Source: Candidatus Cloacimonadales bacterium (GTDB lineage: Bacteria > Cloacimonadota > Cloacimonadia > Cloacimonadales > JAFGVF01). From it: DNA of 64,000 bases. The notes under the pieces are model-generated. The model saw nothing but the letters and a program-made list of their open reading frames with translations, did no database searches and was not told the DNA's origin. A program made the position numbers and the translations under genes. The stretch is taken from positions 288,001 to 352,000 of the forward strand of contig CAXXOU010000004.1 in assembly GCA_963677495.2 (NCBI GenBank). Reading direction: 5' to 3'. Positions within the stretch are counted from its first letter, which is position 1, and every line of letters begins with the position of its first letter. Positions 53,657 through 63,543 of the stretch are shown in pieces.

Positions 53657-55588
53657 TCAATCCAACCAAGGACGTGCCTGTAAAACTTTTATGTCTCCAG
53701 CAGAACTTGTTAGAAACTCTATTTCCATTGCAAATTCATTATCATCTTCAGCACTGTAACATACTTTAAAGTGTTCATGTATCTGTTTGCTGATATTTAC
53801 AAGCTTCAATATCTCATTCTCCTGCATAACGTTAGTTCCTTTAGAGATGAGGTTTGAGTGTCTAATGTATTGAATTTCAAGTTTTCTATTGGCACCAACT
53901 TCCGAAACTAGTAACTCATCAGGTAAAGCTTTTGTGTCCGGGTTTGTGACTAATGACTGTCCCGATTGAACATTTATGTAAAACCCTTTCCAGATCGAAT
54001 CGAAAAGATTTTTCGTCACAATAACACCATTGTTTCGTTCCTTATCATAATTGCTATGTACGAGAATTCCCATTGCAATAGCATTATGATCAATTTTATG
54101 AAAATCTCGTTCTGTAAATGCTCTTAAAGTCCAAAGACTTGCCCACACTTCCTTAATTGAAACATCTAAAGGGCAGATTTCAGGTGAATACACTAAAGAT
54201 TCATAAAGTCCAGCTCCATTAAAATCTTCGAGATCTTCACTGTTTGAAGAGGAACGAAGTCTTAGAGAAGAACCTTCAGAATATGCTGCTCGCAAATCAG
54301 AAAAATCTTTCATCATCCATTCCGGAATGTGACCTTCTCGAATTTTCTCTCTTAACTGTTTCAACTGTTCTTCTTTTAATACTATATTCGCTTTGTTTTT
54401 AGTAGAACCCAACAATTTCTCGACTTCTACATAAAGATTGTTCTCTTTCATAAAATAATCATAGTAATAGAACGGAACTGCATGACCCTTAACTGAGTTT
54501 ATGTTTGGTATAACAGATAGTAATTCACCTAAGTTGCTTGATTTAGCTCCAAAAGCATTAGTCTCATTGAATCCAACATCCCATAACTCAATTATCTTCT
54601 TCTGATTTAAACTCATTTCAGGAACACTAGCAGTTTGGGGTGAAAGTGCTCTTAGATTATCTGAAACATCTTTATATGTTACTTCATTTATCTCATATCC
54701 CTCCGGTTCAACTTTTAGGTGAACCGGTTTATCCTTTAACTTGATGAGGGTTGGATTTGTAGAAGCATTTTTTATATATGCATTTGGGATGTTGTTTTGC
54801 TTAGCTTTAAGATTTACATGTGAAAGCGGAGTTTGGGCAATATCAGTGATAATCCCTCTTACATGACTTAAATCATTCGGTAAGGATTTAAAAATCACAA
54901 TATCTTCTGGTTCAGGTAAGTCAGTCAGATCTAGTATTCTAAGAACTCCCAATGAGTCTCCTGTATTTAATGGAATAAAATCAAGATTATAAAATAGTGT
55001 ATCCGAATCAATCAACCTTATAGAAGAATCTTGTTCGAAATGCATCTTCTCTTTCATGTGTTGATCGATTTGCGTTTGACTACCAAGATAGTGATATATC
55101 TGGTTTTTAGCAAAGGAAAAAGTCTTATTGATCAAATCCCATGATAGCTTAATATAATTGTATGATACGGGGTCAGTTGGCCAGTACTCGATAGTATAGA
55201 TACCATCGGGATTCTCTTCATCTTTGTAATTATCTCTTGCAACTATAGAACCGGCAAGGTTATGCCTGCCGATGTTGGTATAATAGGTCACTTTATCAAA
55301 TGCCTGTTCAGAAATATGAAATGGTGAAATCTTTTTAAAGTAGCGATAATGATGTTCGAATCGTTTAGTATCCATATAGTAGATTCGAGGACTTTTCGTG
55401 TCTACTCCGGTAATAATGAATTTGCAAACCCAGATATTCTTTAATCCCGGAACATCATTTTTTGATGCAAGTTTCTCTAAGTGTTCACGGTTCTTGATTG
55501 TCTTCTGACTAGCTAACAGATAAAATCTACTTCTTATGAAGCGATACACTTGCAACATTTTCTGCTTTATCAAACTCAATAGTACCAC
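53657..55588 (-). CDS. PEP/pyruvate-binding (PPDK_N ATP-grasp) domain protein; start uncertain
   Basis: FGAKSSNLGEL, LRSSSNSEDLEDFNGAGLYES, VWASLW, EIEF, LQARP; QTPLSHVNL segment. Confidence 0.8.
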   Translation of the reverse strand: MVLLSLIKQKMLQVYRFIRSRFYLLASQKTIKNREHLEKLASKNDVPGLKNIWVCKFIITGVDTKSPRIYYMDTKRFEHHYRYFKKISPFHISEQAFDKVTYYTNIGRHNLAGSIVARDNYKDEENPDGIYTIEYWPTDPVSYNYIKLSWDLINKTFSFAKNQIYHYLGSQTQIDQHMKEKMHFEQDSSIRLIDSDTLFYNLDFIPLNTGDSLGVLRILDLTDLPEPEDIVIFKSLPNDLSHVRGIITDIAQTPLSHVNLKAKQNNIPNAYIKNASTNPTLIKLKDKPVHLKVEPEGYEINEVTYKDVSDNLRALSPQTASVPEMSLNQKKIIELWDVGFNETNAFGAKSSNLGELLSVIPNINSVKGHAVPFYYYDYFMKENNLYVEVEKLLGSTKNKANIVLKEEQLKQLREKIREGHIPEWMMKDFSDLRAAYSEGSSLRLRSSSNSEDLEDFNGAGLYESLVYSPEICPLDVSIKEVWASLWTLRAFTERDFHKIDHNAIAMGILVHSNYDKERNNGVIVTKNLFDSIWKGFYINVQSGQSLVTNPDTKALPDELLVSEVGANRKLEIQYIRHSNLISKGTNVMQENEILKLVNISKQIHEHFKVCYSAEDDNEFAMEIEFLTSSAGDIKVLQARPWLD

Positions 55589-55702
55589 CTGATTTATTAC
55601 TAAATGTATGAATACAAACCTGATTTTTATATGTCAAGGGTTTGTATACATTTATTGAAAGGGATCAATGATGTAGATGTAATAAGTGTAAAATGTAAAT
55701 AA

Positions 55703-55856
55703 TCCTCCTCATTGCACTCTCATAATACCGGTTCAAGGGTAATGTGATTCTAATGAGTCTCTTGGGCCTCCCCGGGGCTGGAGCATTAGTGAGTCGTAAG
55801 AAAAAGGGCAGTATCAGAGCTCGTTTTTACAATTATTATGATAGGGGAGTGAGGAT
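55703..55856. mobile_element. MITE/REP-like non-coding element (copy 2)
   Basis: TCATTGCACTCTCATAATA ... TTATTATGATAGGGGAGTGA ends; interior GAGTCTCTTGGG...AGTGAGT...AGAAA..GGGCAG shared with 21040-21183. Confidence 0.55.
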
Positions 55857-55984
55857 GAGAAGAGATGGAGTGGATTCTGCTTGTAACCTAAAAAATACAT
55901 CTTACTTAACAGGTATGTATATCTTTAATCTTGAAAATTGGATGATAACTACTATCAAACAGTCAACTCAATCTAAGAATTGGT

Positions 55985-56806
55985 CTATTTTTGTAGAACA
56001 GGTCTTTCTGGCAAAGATAAAAAAAGAAATGGAGAAGGTTTTATACATTTACCACCGTATGAACCGTCAGGTCTCTTGTCTTCATCAAGAATTACACTAT
56101 TATCATTGTGAAATTCATGACTTCTCAAAATATCATGGAAAATAGTCATTAAAGTGTCTTGATAGGTTTCAATCTTAATCCTATGCTTAAGGCCATTTCT
56201 TTGCTCCCATATGTTATAAACATATAGGTTAGAAACTGAGTCTATAGCAGTAACAGCAGAAGAATCAATTATTGTTGTAGGTGATGATATTGAAAGGTCA
56301 ATTATTCTTCTCATATGTTGACGAATGTTAACAGGAGTTGTAGATATATTCATATCTTCAATTAAATGATTATAATGGTTAGGTAATATGTATATCTTAG
56401 AATTATATGTTGCACACATGTACCTTGATTCTTCGAAATTTTCAAGGTTTTGCATGAAAAAGACATAGGCTCCGTTAAAGCTTTTTGTAGTAATTTCTTT
56501 AGGAGTCATTCCTGTCCAATGCTCGAGTTTTGAATACTTAAGTTGATGGGTAATACTTTCCGAATTCTGAGCTTCATTGAATAAGGAAGTAAATAATGAG
56601 TCCCACAATGTTTTTGCTTCTATTTCAAAACTATTAAGTGTAGGATTAGTATCAATATGCGCAATCTCAGTAATTCTTGGATCTCGAGATCTTTTTGCTA
56701 GTTGAGCACCAGAATACTGAACTGGAGTTTCTATAGGTTTATTATATGTTGAGATTAAACCTAAAAACACAGACAGCAATAGGATAGTGAATAGATGTTT
56801 TTTCAT
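55985..56806 (-). CDS. Hypothetical exported protein
   Basis: GAGGTG RBS, signal-like N-terminus; paralog of the neighbouring gene. Confidence 0.75.
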   Translation of the reverse strand: MKKHLFTILLLSVFLGLISTYNKPIETPVQYSGAQLAKRSRDPRITEIAHIDTNPTLNSFEIEAKTLWDSLFTSLFNEAQNSESITHQLKYSKLEHWTGMTPKEITTKSFNGAYVFFMQNLENFEESRYMCATYNSKIYILPNHYNHLIEDMNISTTPVNIRQHMRRIIDLSISSPTTIIDSSAVTAIDSVSNLYVYNIWEQRNGLKHRIKIETYQDTLMTIFHDILRSHEFHNDNSVILDEDKRPDGSYGGKCIKPSPFLFLSLPERPVLQK

Positions 56807-56831
56807 AATCTCACCTCATATTCATTATAAA

Positions 56832-57662
56832 CTACTCAGTTTTTCTAGTTTCAGTTAGAGGTTTCAATATTGGACTTAATGGACGTGAAATGAATGGATA
56901 AGCGGATCCTTTAATGCATTTTCCATGAAAATCATGGGAATTTTTATTTAAATCAATTATAACTTCACTTCCATTGTAATAACTTCTAGAATCTACCCTA
57001 TCAAACAACATTAGAAAAAGAGAATCTTGATTTATACAGACATCAATCTGATGTTTGAGACCATTTCGTTGTTCCCATATATTATATTGAAAGGTTCCAC
57101 TATTGAATAGAGAATCTGCAACAGTAGAATCAATGACTGTGACTGGGGATGATATTGAAGATTCTATCAATCTTCTAATAAGTAAAGATTTGTTTGATGA
57201 TTGCAAGTTTATTCCCATGTCACTCATTAGATCGTTAAAATGGGTTGGCATAAGATATATTTTTGAGTTGTATGTGGCGCACATGTATTCTGATACATAA
57301 AAGTGATTTAGATTTTGCATAAAGAAGATATGAACACCATCGAAGTTCTTTGAAACGATCTCTTTTGGAGTAAAATTTGTCCAATAATCTGTGGTAAGAT
57401 TTATAAGTATACCTATGTTCTTAGTAGATGAGGATGCATCGTTACGCAAAGCAGTAAAAAGTGAATCCCATAACACTTTAGCTTCAATTTCATTACTATT
57501 TAGTGTAGGGTTTGAATGGATATGAGCAATATCTGTGATTCTAGGGTCATCTGATCTGTTTGCTAACTCATCTCCATAATAATACATTGGTTGCTCATGG
57601 TGGATGGATAATAAGCCTAAAAATATAGACAACAATAGGATAGTGAATAATATTTCTCTCAT
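56832..57662 (-). CDS. Hypothetical exported protein (tandem paralog)
   Basis: Shares DPRIT.IAHI..NPTLNS.EIEAK.LWDSLFT, YMCATYNSKIY and YNIWEQRNGLKH with 55985-56806. Confidence 0.75.
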   Translation of the reverse strand: MREILFTILLLSIFLGLLSIHHEQPMYYYGDELANRSDDPRITDIAHIHSNPTLNSNEIEAKVLWDSLFTALRNDASSSTKNIGILINLTTDYWTNFTPKEIVSKNFDGVHIFFMQNLNHFYVSEYMCATYNSKIYLMPTHFNDLMSDMGINLQSSNKSLLIRRLIESSISSPVTVIDSTVADSLFNSGTFQYNIWEQRNGLKHQIDVCINQDSLFLMLFDRVDSRSYYNGSEVIIDLNKNSHDFHGKCIKGSAYPFISRPLSPILKPLTETRKTE

Positions 57663-57793
57663 GATTTCCTCTCAGACATATAAAACTAGAGTATAATTAG
57701 CTACATCTTATATTTATAACTATAACAATAATATATAATATGGATAGGTTTGTAAAGAAGAATATTTTTTCCGCAAGGAATTATTTTTAACAT

Positions 57794-57822
57794 AAAAAAA
57801 GCCCCCGCGTTAGCAGGGGCTT
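57794..57822 (-). terminator. Rho-independent terminator
   Basis: A7-GCCCC...GGGGCTT. Confidence 0.75.
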
Positions 57823-57842
57823 AATATATAATTCAGAAATGA

Positions 57843-60731
57843 TTATTTCATCATTATCATTTTGTTGGTAGCCTGGAAGTCACCTGATGTGAGTTTATAG
57901 AAATAAACACCACTTGCAACTGATTGATCGTTATCATCAATACCATTCCATACTACGCTATGACGACCTGCTGTGAAGTTGTCATTTGTAAGAGTTCTAA
58001 CCTTTCTACCACGGATATCATAGACATCGATAGAAACAAGACCGGCGTCTTTGATTTCAAATGCAATGTTAGTAGTTGGGTTGAATGGGTTAGGATAGTT
58101 ACCAAGTAATTGTGTAGTTGCAGGAGTAACAACGTCATCAGCATTATCTACACCACCGGCACTATAGATACCGAAGTCATCTACGAGGAATGCAAGTGTA
58201 CCTTCAGATACACAGTGGATACCTACGCGAACCATTTGGTCTTCATAGTCACCAAGGCTAACTTGGATATTTGTCCATCCCTGTGGTACAGTTAATGGAG
58301 TATCACCAGAAATAACTGTGAAATCTGCAGGATCGATTGAACCATTAGATACAGCAACTTCAAACTGGTCTTCACCATACTGTGTAGAGAGTGATTTAGC
58401 CCAGAAACCAACGTAAGGAAGGTTATAAAGCTCAACAGGTTGTGAGATTAACCAGTCATCGTTAGCAGTTGTTTCTGATGCGAATGTAGCGAAACAGAGG
58501 TCACCACTATGAGTCTGGTGGAAAGCTTCCATTGGAGGAGTTGTTTCCTGTGGGTTGAAGCCGATAAATGGCATAGATTCACCTGAACCTGGGAAGTCAG
58601 CACCAACGATAGAATAAGTGTTAGTTCCATCAAGGTCATAAGTAGTCCAAGGGAATGTAGCGTTTTGCCACAATGTCATCTCTTCAATGTCATCAACGAA
58701 GAGAGCAGGGATTTCCTGTTCTTGAACGAGCACAATTAACTCACCAAATTTAAATGATTCACCTTCTGCATAAACAGAAGTGAACTCATATGTGAAGTTA
58801 CCAAACTCATGGTCAAGCATTTGTAATGTGTTATTTGCAGTTCCACTAACGAAATCAACAAGTTCGCCATCTCTATAAACGTTGTAACCAATATGGTCAC
58901 GATCACGTTCATCAGCGCGTCCTGCTTCACCGGTAATGTTTCCATTACTGTCAACTCTCTGTAATCTTACAGGATTAGGTACATCCCAGCTTACAGTAAC
59001 ATCAACAACATATTCAATACCATAACTGAACTGTGTTGGAGGGTAGAAAGGCATATCAACTGTAACCTCAGCGTTAACTAAGTCACAAGGTTCAGATTCA
59101 CCGGGACTGAAGATAGCTTTAACTACAAACTCATGATCTCCAAGTGGTACATCAGTTACAATGTATTCAAGATCAGTAAGCATCTCAGGGTTTGAAGGTG
59201 TTGTGTTATCATCCATATAGATGTTGTAACCTTGAACAAGTGTTTGCATTCCTAAGAACCCGATTTTAACATCATCGATAGCCCAACCGGAAGCCCATTC
59301 ACCAGCATCATCAGTGTGGAAAGCGATTAGTAGATTTGATTGATCAATGTAAGCATTTAAGTCAATAGTAATAGTTGTCCAACCATCAGCAGGTGCTAAT
59401 TGTTCTAAGACTTCCCATGTTGTTCCACCATCAGTACTAGCTTTAACATAGGCTAGCTGACCATATGAACCATTATAATAACTAGCAAAAGACATACCGC
59501 AATCTATTGAACCGGTAAGGTCAATTGCAGACATAATCATCCAGTCTTCAGAACCATCTGAACCGTCACCTGTAGCATCATCATTAACATAAGCGTATGA
59601 TGTATGACCAGGGATTTCGAAATATTGGCTACCACCGTTTGTGCCAACCTGCCAACCAACGCTGGCATTAGTTGTTTCAGTCCAACCGGCAGGGAAACCA
59701 TTCTCAAAATCTTCTTCAATTACATAATCAGGAAGTCCTGGTTCCGCCCAAGTCAACCAAACCCAGTTTCCGGCAACGTCTTGAGTTAAGTTTGCTGGAG
59801 GAAGAACAAATTCATCCATCTGAGCTGCTATATTTGCAGGAGTGTTTTCATCAACTGTTACAGCAGTTGAGATATGGTCTACATATCCCTCTTTTTCAAC
59901 AACAACGTCATAAGTACCTTCCCATACTGGAAGTGCACATTGACCGTTTGCATCTGTTACATCTTCGTAAAGACCGGCTGTAACAAGAGCGTTAGCAATA
60001 GGCTCATTTGTATACATATTTGTAGCTGTTACATTGATAACAGAGTTAGGATCTATATCACCACGTGCAGCCTGAATAATCTCATAAGTGCCTGTAGCTG
60101 TTTGAACCATCACAACAATACTTAAGTCTGTGATAACCCAATCAGCTTCGATAGTCAATGGCTGTGAATATTGACCTTGCTCACCGTTTGTTGTCTGAGT
60201 GAAGCTTTGTGATTCATACACTTCTACTGTACAGAAGTAATCATTATCAATTCTTCTTGTAACGATAAAGTACATATTGTTATCAGTAGTAGTGATGTCA
60301 CCGGTTAAAGTTGCATCAGCTACAACGTCAATTGTAGTACCATTGATTGTGTAAGTGAAAGACAAGTCGATAGGACTATCAGTAGGTTCAATATTGTTGT
60401 AATGTGCTAAATAGCGTTCATAACAATCATTACCACCACCCACTTCAGGGGTTGTACCTTGGAATTGAACGTGAGGAATACCACTAACACCGTACCAGCC
60501 AACTCTTTCTTGCCAGTTTGGACTCTCATTCTCAGTGTCAGATTCCCAAATCAATGGAATAAAATGTGGGGCGTTATCATCATTATCTAGTTCGAGCAGA
60601 CCTGCTCGAGAATCAGGACAGAATCCTCAAGTGGATGCTGTAAACATCTCTGCAACAACTCCAATCTGGGTTGCACAGATAATTGCAAACATGCTGATAA
60701 AAACAGAAAGTAATATCGTTTTCTTAAGCAT
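57843..60731 (-). CDS. Putative secreted selenoprotein, 962 aa, Sec35: Omp28-like thioredoxin fold, carboxypeptidase-regulatory-like, cleaved-adhesin-like and FN3-like domains, T9SS-type/FlgD-Ig CTD
   Basis: AAGGAG RBS and ATG at 60731; signal peptide; AEMFTAST-TGA-GFCP in frame with the 903-aa ORF; SECIS-like hairpin downstream; YGVSGIPHVQFQG; NDDWLIS; NYPNPFNP CTD. Confidence 0.85.
60592..60609 (-). promoter_or_regulatory. Bacterial SECIS-like hairpin
   Basis: mRNA UCGAGCA-GGUC-UGCUCGA starts 17 nt after the in-frame UGA (60629-60627). Confidence 0.8.
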
Positions 60732-60927
60732 TTTCGTATCTCCTTCTATGTTTTGTAGATTTCCTTAACTCAAATTCTCTTCTCTTTCCCAAGAATGTCA
60801 ATGAATTATCTTTATATTATTTGTTTCAAGCAATATTCATTCCATGAAAATAGTTGAATCGTGCTAATTTTGTACTTTCATCGACTGGGTTAGGCTTTGG
60901 TGAATAGTAAAATCCGAGCACCATTGT

Positions 60928-61212
60928 TGTCATACTGAGCGGAGTGAGTTTTGCGAACGAAGTCGAATGTATCTTTCCGATAACTTTAGTCTCCCAACTA
61001 AAGAAGAGTTCTTTCCCTACAGGGAAACATTGAAAGATAAGTCAATACTACTTACAGAAATCCACTAAAGCCATCCGAGAGACCCGGAAGTTGTGCGCCT
61101 ATCGGCTTACGAGCTCTTTGAAAATAGTTGCTTTAGTTTCTAAAGCGAGCTCCTTTTAGTCGGTTCGACTACATTCACTTATTTCATTGCGTTCATTCTG
61201 CTCAGGGTGACA
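60928..61212. repeat. Inverted pair of GTCA..CTGAGC...GTCGAA REP-like elements
   Basis: TGTCATACTGAGCGGAGTGA...AGTCGAA and TTCGACT...TCATTCTGCTCAGGGTGACA. Confidence 0.65.
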
Positions 61213-61284
61213 GCCTGGTTAACCGAAAAAACTTTGGTCGTAATGGTGACAGCTTCTGATAACACTAATACCATCCACTCTCAA

Positions 61285-61421
61285 TGCTCTGCTACAATTA
61301 TAATCATTTTCGAAGGAGACACCTATTGAATCCTTATTAAAATGTTATTATCTGATAACAGGTGTTTGACTCGAAATTAAGAGGATTGAGATGGTTAAAG
61401 AATTATAATTGTGGCAGAGCA
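61285..61421. repeat. 20-bp inverted repeat pair about 97 bp apart
   Basis: TGCTCTGCTACAATTATAAT / ATTATAATTGTGGCAGAGCA (1 mismatch). Confidence 0.7.
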
Positions 61422-61689
61422 ATGAAGGAACACTGCTACAGGTATGGTTGTTTCGTAAGGATTTAGCGCACAACATCACCGATCTGCGCAGTGACGAAGC
61501 ATGAGCCTGGAATAGAAACTCGAAATCTGTCAATCACCTCACATTCGCAGCAAAACTACTCACTACGGAACAAGTCTGATGTATTACCTCTCTTTACACA
61601 ATCTTCACACACAAGTAACAGTTTGTAATTGACATAATCAGCAGGTTTTAGGAAATGAATCAAAATATTAACATGCTTAGGAGCTAAAG

Positions 61690-62901
61690 ATGAAAATCCT
61701 TGTATTGAACTGCGGTAGTTCATCAATTAAATATCAGTTTATCAATATGGAAACTGAGGAAGTACTTGTAGAGGGTTCAGCTGAAAGAATCGCAGAACCT
61801 ATTGCCAGATTTACTTATAAGAGTGAAAAATTTACTGTTAAGAAGCAGGAAATGGTTCTTAAAAACCATGAAGACGGGTTAAAACATATTATTGATGCCT
61901 TAATGGACAAAGAGAACGGTGTTATTGCTGATGCTTCTGAAATCAGTGCTGTTGGACATCGTCTTGTACATGCTGGTGAAAACTATACTGATACTGTTGT
62001 TGTTGATGACCATGTGATTGAAGTAATGACAGATTGTATCCCTCTTGCTCCACTTCATAATCCTGCAAATATCAAGGGTGTTGAATCTGTTACTAAAGAG
62101 TTACCTGGTGTGCCACAGGCTGGCGTTTTCGATACCGCTTTCCATCAGACAATGCCTAAGAAAGCATATCTCTATCCACTCCCATTAGAGTATTATAAAG
62201 AGAACAAGATTAGACGTTATGGTTTCCACGGAACTTCTCATAAGTTCGTAAGCCAAATTGCTGCTGAGTATGTTGGAAAAGATATCAAAGACCTTAAGAT
62301 CATTACTGCACATATTGGTAACGGTGCTTCAATCACTGCTATCAACGGTGGTCACTCTGTTGACACTTCAATGGGTTTTACTCCACTCGAAGGTCTTATG
62401 ATGGGAACACGTTGTGGTGATATCGATCCTTCAATCCCAATCTATATGCAGAAAACCCTTGGACTTTCTGTTGATGAAACAAACAACGTTTTAAACAAGA
62501 AGAGTGGTATGCTTGGTTTATCAGCTATCTCTAACGATATGCTTGATATCGAGAACAAGATTCTAAAAGAGAAAGATGAAGATGCTATCACAGCTCATGA
62601 TGTTTATGCTTACAGAATTAAGAAATATATCGGTGCTTACACTGCTGCTATGAACGGTGTTGACATTCTTATCTTCACAGGTGGTGTTGGTGAAAACATG
62701 CCAATCCTTCGTGAACTCGTATGTCGTGATATGGATTATCTCGGAATCGAACTTGATAAGAAAGAGAATGACCAGTTCAAAGGTGGAATCATTGATCTCA
62801 CAGGTGAGAACTCAAAAGTTAAGATCCTTAAAGTTCAAACAAACGAAGAGCTTGCTATTGCTCTCGAGACAAAAAGAATCCTTTTCGACGAAAAGAAATA
62901 A
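61690..62901 (+). CDS. ackA: Acetate kinase
   Basis: ILVLNCGSSSIK, GHRLVH, APLHNP, FDTAFHQT, RYGFHGTSH, TPLEGL, FTGGVGEN, TNEE. Confidence 0.97.
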   Translation: MKILVLNCGSSSIKYQFINMETEEVLVEGSAERIAEPIARFTYKSEKFTVKKQEMVLKNHEDGLKHIIDALMDKENGVIADASEISAVGHRLVHAGENYTDTVVVDDHVIEVMTDCIPLAPLHNPANIKGVESVTKELPGVPQAGVFDTAFHQTMPKKAYLYPLPLEYYKENKIRRYGFHGTSHKFVSQIAAEYVGKDIKDLKIITAHIGNGASITAINGGHSVDTSMGFTPLEGLMMGTRCGDIDPSIPIYMQKTLGLSVDETNNVLNKKSGMLGLSAISNDMLDIENKILKEKDEDAITAHDVYAYRIKKYIGAYTAAMNGVDILIFTGGVGENMPILRELVCRDMDYLGIELDKKENDQFKGGIIDLTGENSKVKILKVQTNEELAIALETKRILFDEKK

Positions 62902-62921
62902 GATTAAATATAAAACGTATT

Positions 62922-62952
62922 GGGCTGATGATTACTTCATTAGCCCTTTTTT
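62922..62952 (+). terminator. Rho-independent terminator
   Basis: GGGCTGATGA...TCATTAGCCC followed by T6. Confidence 0.8.
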
Positions 62953-63068
62953 GATTCCTCATTTATCTGTAACGATGTTTTTGTAAAGGTTTGTCTTCAA
63001 CCCGAAGTGTACCATTCGCAAGGTCTGAACACCATTCCGAAGGTACAAAAAATAGTACTATTTTCATT

Positions 63069-63096
63069 AAAAAGAGCCCCTCAAAATGAAGGGCTC
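63069..63096 (-). terminator. Probable terminator
   Basis: A5-GAGCCC...GGGCTC. Confidence 0.65.
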
Positions 63097-63118
63097 ATAT
63101 TTATATATATTGTATGTT

Positions 63119-63475
63119 TTATTTTAGCATCACAGCTTTGCGAGAATATGTTTCTCCATTTGCTTGCATCTTAATGTAGTAGATACCTGATTTACAGCTA
63201 TTACCTTTTGAGTCTTTGCCATTCCAATAAACTTTCCAGTCACCAGCCGCTTTAACACCTTCATCATAAACACAAATGAGCTGGCCTTTGTTATTAAAAA
63301 TTGAGATTTCAACATCTGATTGTTTTGAAATACTATAACTGATTGTTGAAGTTGGGTTACATATATTCGGATGAACAGGATTTAAACATGATGTGGCAGG
63401 AGTTAAGTATGGGATTGTATCCCCATCATCTTTAATTTTTAATTGTTCAACAAGTGCTTTTAAAAGGTGTATGCA
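63119..63475 (-). pseudogene. Orphan T9SS-type/FlgD-Ig C-terminal domain fragment with no standard in-frame start (absent from ORF track)
   Basis: Manual translation: ...HPNICNPTSTISYSISKQSDVEISIFNNKGQLI...VYWNGKDSKGNSCKSGIYYIKMQANGETYSRKAVMLK*. Confidence 0.75.
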
Positions 63476-63543
63476 TCATATGTTGACTATAAACGAAAAC
63501 AAGTTGAACTTTGATATTTATTCACTTAATTCAACAAAGCTTT

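Noticed and set aside
55744..56145. 133-aa + strand ORF
   Set aside because: It spans a non-coding repeat and is antisense to a real gene; no recognisable motifs.
60627..60629. TGA read as Trp or Gly through an alternative genetic code
   Set aside because: TGA ends normal genes here (cas1, GT9, NusG-II protein), Trp is encoded by TGG, and the codon aligns with a redox Cys next to a SECIS-like hairpin.
60535..60768. 77-aa + strand ORF
   Set aside because: Antisense shadow of the true 5' end of the selenoprotein candidate.
63476..63478. Second selenocysteine codon upstream of the orphan CTD
   Set aside because: No redox motif context, no clear downstream hairpin, and no convincing start or signal peptide upstream.
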